Position numbers and translations under genes: made by a program. A stretch of 64,000 nucleotides of DNA from an uncultured Gemmatimonadales bacterium (GTDB lineage Bacteria; Gemmatimonadota; Gemmatimonadetes; Longimicrobiales; Longimicrobiaceae). The notes beneath the pieces are model-generated. The model did no database searches and was not told the origin of the DNA. It saw only the letters and a list, made by a program, of their open reading frames with translations. Location of the stretch: the NCBI GenBank assembly GCA_963716255.1, contig OY970303.1, positions 2,464,001-2,528,000 on the forward strand, in the 5' to 3' direction. Below, in pieces: positions 59,833-64,000 of the stretch. Each line of letters starts with the position of its first letter. The stretch's first letter is position 1.

Positions 59833-60701
59833 AGCGGCCGGTCCTGCTCCTCGCGGGCGTGCTCCTGGGCGCCGCTCCCGCCGCCGCGCAGCGGGCGGAC
59901 ACCGCGCTGGTGTCGCTGGTGAGCGCGGAGCGCGCCTTTTCCGCGGCGTCCGAGGCCCGCGGCATTCCCGCGGCGTTCCTGGCGAACGCGGCCGACAGCG
60001 GCCTGGTGTTCACCCCGGCACCGGCCCGTGCGCTGGAGCAGTACGCGGGGCGCCCCGCCCCGCCGGTCCTACTCACCTGGTACCCGGTCGCCGCGAAGAT
60101 CTCTGCGGCGGGGGACATGGGCTACACCACGGGTCCGTTCGAGCTGAAGCCCGGGACCGCCGGTCCTCCTCCCGCCTACGGCCACTACTCCACCGTGTGG
60201 AAGCGGCAGGCGGACGGGCGGTGGAAGTTCCTGGCCGACCTGGGGATCTCGCACCCGCGGTCCGCCCGCGCGCTCCCGGGCTGGACCCCGGCGGACGCGC
60301 CGCCGGCCCGCTCCACGGGCACCGGCCCCGCCGGCGTGGAGGCGGTCCGCACGTCGCTGCTGGAGGCGGAGCGGGCGCTCGCCGCCGACGCGGCGGCGCG
60401 GGGCTTCGCGGAGGCGCTGCTCGCGCGGGGCGCGGAGGGGGTGCGGGTGCACCGCGACGGCTCGGAGCCGGCGATCGGGGCGGCGGCGGCCCGCGCGCTG
60501 CTGGCGAGGGAGCCCGCCGTGTCCGGCTGGACGACGGCGCACGCGGAGGCGGCGCGCAGCGGCGACTTCGGCTGGGCGCACGGCAGCTTCCGCATGGCGG
60601 GCGGCACGGGGAGCTACCTGCGCGTCTGGGAGCGCGGCGCGGACGGGACGTGGCGGGTGGTGCTGGACGTCACGGCGCCGCCCCCGCCGCCGCGGGGCTG
60701 A
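59829..60701 (+). CDS. Secreted tandem NTF2-like/DUF4440 domain protein
   Basis: GTG overlaps the upstream stop; two domains (GDMGYTTG...TVWKRQADGRWK and GDFGWAHG...RVWERGADGTWR). Confidence 0.85.
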   Translation: MKRPVLLLAGVLLGAAPAAAQRADTALVSLVSAERAFSAASEARGIPAAFLANAADSGLVFTPAPARALEQYAGRPAPPVLLTWYPVAAKISAAGDMGYTTGPFELKPGTAGPPPAYGHYSTVWKRQADGRWKFLADLGISHPRSARALPGWTPADAPPARSTGTGPAGVEAVRTSLLEAERALAADAAARGFAEALLARGAEGVRVHRDGSEPAIGAAAARALLAREPAVSGWTTAHAEAARSGDFGWAHGSFRMAGGTGSYLRVWERGADGTWRVVLDVTAPPPPPRG

Positions 60702-60722
60702 TCGTCCGGCGAAGAGGGTGCT

Positions 60723-60754
60723 GCGGGCCGGGATCCACGTGGATCCCGGCCCGC
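60723..60754. repeat. Perfect 32-bp palindrome
   Basis: GCGGGCCGGGATCCACGTGGATCCCGGCCCGC. Confidence 0.85.
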
Positions 60755-60923
60755 TCTGCTTCTCCGCCGGACCGCACCGCGCGGGGATCCCCGCGACCGC
60801 AAAGCGCTCCGCCGCCCGGCACCCCTCACGTTTCACCGCGGCCGTCCGCACGCAGGCAAACCGGAAAACGGGCTGTATCCAACCTGCTCGTGAGCCCCTG
60901 CTCGCGGACGCCAGCGCGATGCC

Positions 60924-60970
60924 TGCGTGAGGGATGCGAGCGCGAAGCGGCGAGACCCGGCGGCTGTTTG
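60924..60970 (+). repeat. Family 1 repeat, copy I, left part (interrupted by the IS)
   Basis: TGCGTGAGGGA...GCGAGACCCGGCGGCTGTTTG, followed immediately by the IS left end. Confidence 0.85.
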
Positions 60971-62534
60971 CTAGTCATACCCCAAATCTCTACAGGTGGT
61001 TGAAACCGTTGCGCTTGGCAGGGCAGCCCGTAGCTTGGGAAGCTCCCTGGCAGGAGGTGTACGATGAGCGCAGAGAATAGGAGTTGGGCCCAAGAGCAAT
61101 TCGAAGGAGCTGCGCTGGGCGATGTGCGTCGGGTGGACCGAGCGACTTTCATCGCAAGCCGCCTTCTGGATTCGCCGGGCAGCAGCCTTCCGGCTCTGTT
61201 CGACCGCCGCTACGACGTCAAGGCGGCCTATGCGCTGTTCGACCATGCGCAGGTCACCCCGGATACGCTGCAGGAGGGGCACCGGAGCCGACTGCGCGAG
61301 ACGATGACCTCGGGGCCCCCGGGCCGTACGATCCTGCTGGCGGAGGATACGTCTGCGTTCAGCTGGAGTGGGAAGACGCCGCGTGCGGACATGGGCCCCC
61401 TGGGGTCGGGGAAGAAGGGGCTGCAAGGCTTCTTCGTTCACTCCGTGCTGGCGATCGAGTGGGTGCCAGAGCGAGCTGTGGCCGAGGGCAAATCGCGCCC
61501 TGCGCTGCTGGTGCTCGGGCTTGCAGACCAGCAGTACTACGTCCGTCCTCAGGAGAGACAGCGCACGGCAGAGCGGGATTCCAAGGTTGCCAAAGCACGA
61601 CAGCGGGAGTCGGAGATCTGGAGCTACAGCACACTGCGGCTGGGCGAGGCTCCGGCAGGCGCACGTTGGATTCGCGTGTGCGACCGGGAGGCAGACATCT
61701 ACGAGTTCCTGACGCTGTGCCAGGAGTCAGGGCACGGCTTCCTGGTGCGCGCCACGCAGGATCGCGCCCTGGAGTGGGCGCAGTGGCAGACTGGTTCGGG
61801 AAGCGGAGCAAGGCTATTCACGCAGCTGAGAGCCCAGCCTGCCGCGGGAGGATTCACCCTCTCTCTGCGGGAGCGTCCGCAGCACCCCGCCCGTGAAGCG
61901 GTCCTGAGCGTGGCGTTCTGCCAGGTGACGCTGCGCTCGCCCCAACGACCGGGGAAGAGTCCAGGCGGCTTGCCGGGCGTGCGCTGCACGGCGGTGCGCG
62001 TCTGGGAGGCGGATCCGCCTGCGAGTGTAAAGGAGCCCCTGGAGTGGATTCTCCTCTGCGATCAGCCCGTGCATTCGGCCGCCGAAGCCGCCGCGTGTGC
62101 CCGCCAGTACTCGGCGCGCTGGCTGGTGGAGGAGTATCACAAGGTGCTCAAGAGCGGGCTGGGAGCGGAGCACTTGCAGTTGGAGACGAGCGAGCGGCTC
62201 TACGCAGCCATCGCGTTGCTGAGCGTGGTCGCGACGCGCATTCTCACCCTGAAGGAGGCGGTACGGATCGATCCGTTCGCTCCCGCGGAGGACTCTGGGC
62301 TCACCGAGCGAGAACGCATGCTCCTGGCGTTGCGACTACGCCGCGAGTTAAAGACTGTACGCGATGTGGCGCTCGCGCTCGGACGTCTGGGCGGACACAT
62401 GGGCTCGCACCAGGGCACGCGCGTCGACCACATGCCCGGCTGGATCACGCTCTGGAGAGGCATGCAGGCCCTGCAACTCATGGTGCAGGGCGCTGACCTC
62501 GCAGCCTCCCTAGATAAATTTGGGGTATGACAAG
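60971..62534 (+). mobile_element. IS4-family (IS50/Tn5-like) insertion sequence, 1564 bp
   Basis: 17-bp terminal inverted repeats CTAGTCATACCCCAAAT / ATTTGGGGTATGACAAG (16/17 match); 10-bp target duplication CGGCTGTTTG at 60961-60970 and 62535-62544. Confidence 0.95.
61064..62530 (+). CDS. IS4-family DDE transposase
   Basis: WA..F...LGDVRRVDR N-terminus; AEDTS, CDREADIYEF, YSARWLVEEYHKVLKSG (YREK) and PGWITLWRG motifs. Confidence 0.95.
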   Translation: MSAENRSWAQEQFEGAALGDVRRVDRATFIASRLLDSPGSSLPALFDRRYDVKAAYALFDHAQVTPDTLQEGHRSRLRETMTSGPPGRTILLAEDTSAFSWSGKTPRADMGPLGSGKKGLQGFFVHSVLAIEWVPERAVAEGKSRPALLVLGLADQQYYVRPQERQRTAERDSKVAKARQRESEIWSYSTLRLGEAPAGARWIRVCDREADIYEFLTLCQESGHGFLVRATQDRALEWAQWQTGSGSGARLFTQLRAQPAAGGFTLSLRERPQHPAREAVLSVAFCQVTLRSPQRPGKSPGGLPGVRCTAVRVWEADPPASVKEPLEWILLCDQPVHSAAEAAACARQYSARWLVEEYHKVLKSGLGAEHLQLETSERLYAAIALLSVVATRILTLKEAVRIDPFAPAEDSGLTERERMLLALRLRRELKTVRDVALALGRLGGHMGSHQGTRVDHMPGWITLWRGMQALQLMVQGADLAASLDKFGV

Positions 62535-62626
62535 CGGCTGTTTGCCGGGGCTCGCCTCCGTTGCAGACGGTTGTTTCGTCTGCTACGGAGCCGCAGCCCG
62601 ACCCGGCGCCAGCCGGGGGCACGCCC
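62535..62626 (+). repeat. Family 1 repeat, copy I, right part
   Basis: CGGCTGTTTGCCGGGGCTCGCCTCCGTTGCAGACG...GGGGGCACGCCC. Confidence 0.9.
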
Positions 62627-62857
62627 GACCCCGCAGTACATAGCCGTACCATGCCCTTCCAACCGGACATGGTGTCACCCCTCTGCATCGACCTCTGGCC
62701 CCCGCTTTTCCACCAACCACCCCTCCCGCGTTGTAGCCGGTCCAGCTACGACGCATCCTCCCTGGAGCAGCCGTGCGCGCCGGCGGCCCTCCGGTGGCGG
62801 CACGGATGCGGGGACGCAGGGTGCGTCCGGATCGAAAACCCCAGGAAGGAGATCTCC

Positions 62858-63061
62858 ATGAGCATCAAGCGAGTATTGCTGGCCACCGCGCTGGGCGCGG
62901 TGGGGGTGGCGGCCGCGCTGCCGCTGAACAACGCCCGCGCCGCGGGCGGCTGCGACGGACGGTATTCCTGGCTCGTCCCCAGCGCCTGCACCTACTGCGA
63001 GTGGGGCGGCTCCTGCGGCGGCTGCCAGATCAAGGGCTGCACGATCAAGACTCCCACCTGA
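62858..63061 (+). CDS. Small secreted six-cysteine peptide (67 aa)
   Basis: AAGGAG RBS; signal peptide ending ARA; mature AGGCDGRYSWLVPSACTYCEWGGSCGGCQIKGCTIKTPT. Confidence 0.8.
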   Translation: MSIKRVLLATALGAVGVAAALPLNNARAAGGCDGRYSWLVPSACTYCEWGGSCGGCQIKGCTIKTPT

Positions 63062-63179
63062 GCCGGGAGCGGCGGGCGGGGCCCCGCGCCCGGGTCCCGG
63101 GTCGCGCTCCGTCCGCCCTTGCTCCGCCCCCACCGGTCCCGTTGGCCGGTACCTCCTTCCCGCAACGATGCCTTCGCGG

Positions 63180-63638
63180 ATGCCACACACGAACCGGCGG
63201 CCAGTTCGAAGCTTCCTCGCCGTCCTGCTGTGCCTCGGCGCATGGTGCGCCTGCGCACCCGCGGCGGACGACGCCCTCCCCCGCCTTGCCGGGCGCGACG
63301 TGAGCGCGCTCGCGGCCGCATCCGGCAAGGTCCTGCTGCTGGTCTTCGAGCCGGCGGACTGCCTGGCCTGCGCCACGGACATGCCGCAGTGGCTGTCGGT
63401 CCGCAGGCGCTCGCCGGGGAGCGTCGCCATCCTGGTCACCCGCCCGCCGTCGGCGGCGGAGACCAAGGTGTTCGCCCGCTACCGCATCCCGGTGGACGGG
63501 GTGCTGGGCCGCGGCGCGCTCCCGGAGCCCGCGCGCGGCGGGAGCGCCTTCCTGTACGTGAACGGAAAACTGGCCACCTCCGGGGCGCTGAACCGGCCGG
63601 AGCTGCAGACCACCCTGAACCGGGAGCTCGCCCCATGA
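63180..63638 (+). CDS. Exported thioredoxin-like CxxC protein
   Basis: Hydrophobic N-terminus; VLLLVFEPADCLAC motif; start is 63168 or 63180. Confidence 0.7.
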   Translation: MPHTNRRPVRSFLAVLLCLGAWCACAPAADDALPRLAGRDVSALAAASGKVLLLVFEPADCLACATDMPQWLSVRRRSPGSVAILVTRPPSAAETKVFARYRIPVDGVLGRGALPEPARGGSAFLYVNGKLATSGALNRPELQTTLNRELAP

Positions 63639-64000
63639 TCCGTCTCCGCACCCTGGCGGCCCTCGCGGGCCTGTCGCTGGCCGCCTGCGCCGGCGGCGAG
63701 GGGCCGCGCCCGGAGGACGCCGGGATCGTCCCGGTCGCGCTGGACAGCGTCGTACTGCAGGAGAACGACTCGCTGTACCTGGGGGCTCCCACCTTCCTGG
63801 TCGGCGCGCCGGGAGGCGACCTGTACGTGAGCGATGGGATGAACGGGCACGTCCTCCGCTTCGCCCGCGACGGCCGCCCGCTGGTGCGCTACGGGAAGCG
63901 CGGAGAGGGCCCGGGGGAGATGGGAACCCCCGTGGCCGCCGCGCTGCTCGGCGACTCGCTGCTGGCGGTGGCGGACTGGAGGCACACCCGGGCCTCGCTG
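63635..64000 (+). CDS. 6-bladed beta-propeller-like lipoprotein (runs off the window)
   Basis: ATGA overlap with the upstream stop; MIRLRTLAALAGLSLAAC lipobox; DLYVSD and YGKRGEGPGEM motifs; my own translation, not in the ORF track. Confidence 0.8.
   Translation, partial: MIRLRTLAALAGLSLAACAGGEGPRPEDAGIVPVALDSVVLQENDSLYLGAPTFLVGAPGGDLYVSDGMNGHVLRFARDGRPLVRYGKRGEGPGEMGTPVAAALLGDSLLAVADWRHTRASL

Noticed and set aside
1147..62626. Repeats as a CRISPR array
   Set aside because: Copies are dispersed and 130+ bp long, with no repeat-spacer periodicity and no cas genes
62561..62857. N-terminal extension of the Cys-rich peptide ORF (166 aa in the track)
   Set aside because: Begins inside repeat copy I; the RBS and signal peptide point to the ATG at 62858

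Overview
Very GC-rich bacterial window. Gene content and style suggest Gemmatimonadota/Longimicrobium-like, which is inference only. It holds about 50 CDS: envelope peptidases (M61, M28), redox lipoproteins, a FimT/PilV/PilW/PilX minor-pilin operon, a multi-PAS histidine kinase, an acyl-CoA dehydrogenase, cdd-pdp, a glycosyltransferase-glf-glycoside hydrolase cluster, a TonB-dependent receptor, a DsbA-MFP-TolC-double-RND operon with beta-propeller lipoproteins, and an intact IS4-family element. I recognised no rRNA, tRNA or CRISPR array. Best candidates for novelty: (1) a locus at 8.9-12.2 kb with a cytoplasmic TPR protein convergent on a secreted precursor carrying four N[IG]GTxGSG[YHL] repeats, a divergent cytoplasmic protein ending in a similar GxxGSG tail, and an orphan holin behind a near-consensus sigma70 promoter, which resembles RRNPP-type peptide signalling; (2) two dispersed, covarying hairpin-repeat families sharing a GGC[ATC]GTTT loop, one copy of which is split by the IS; (3) a secreted six-cysteine peptide followed by a CxxC protein and a beta-propeller lipoprotein.
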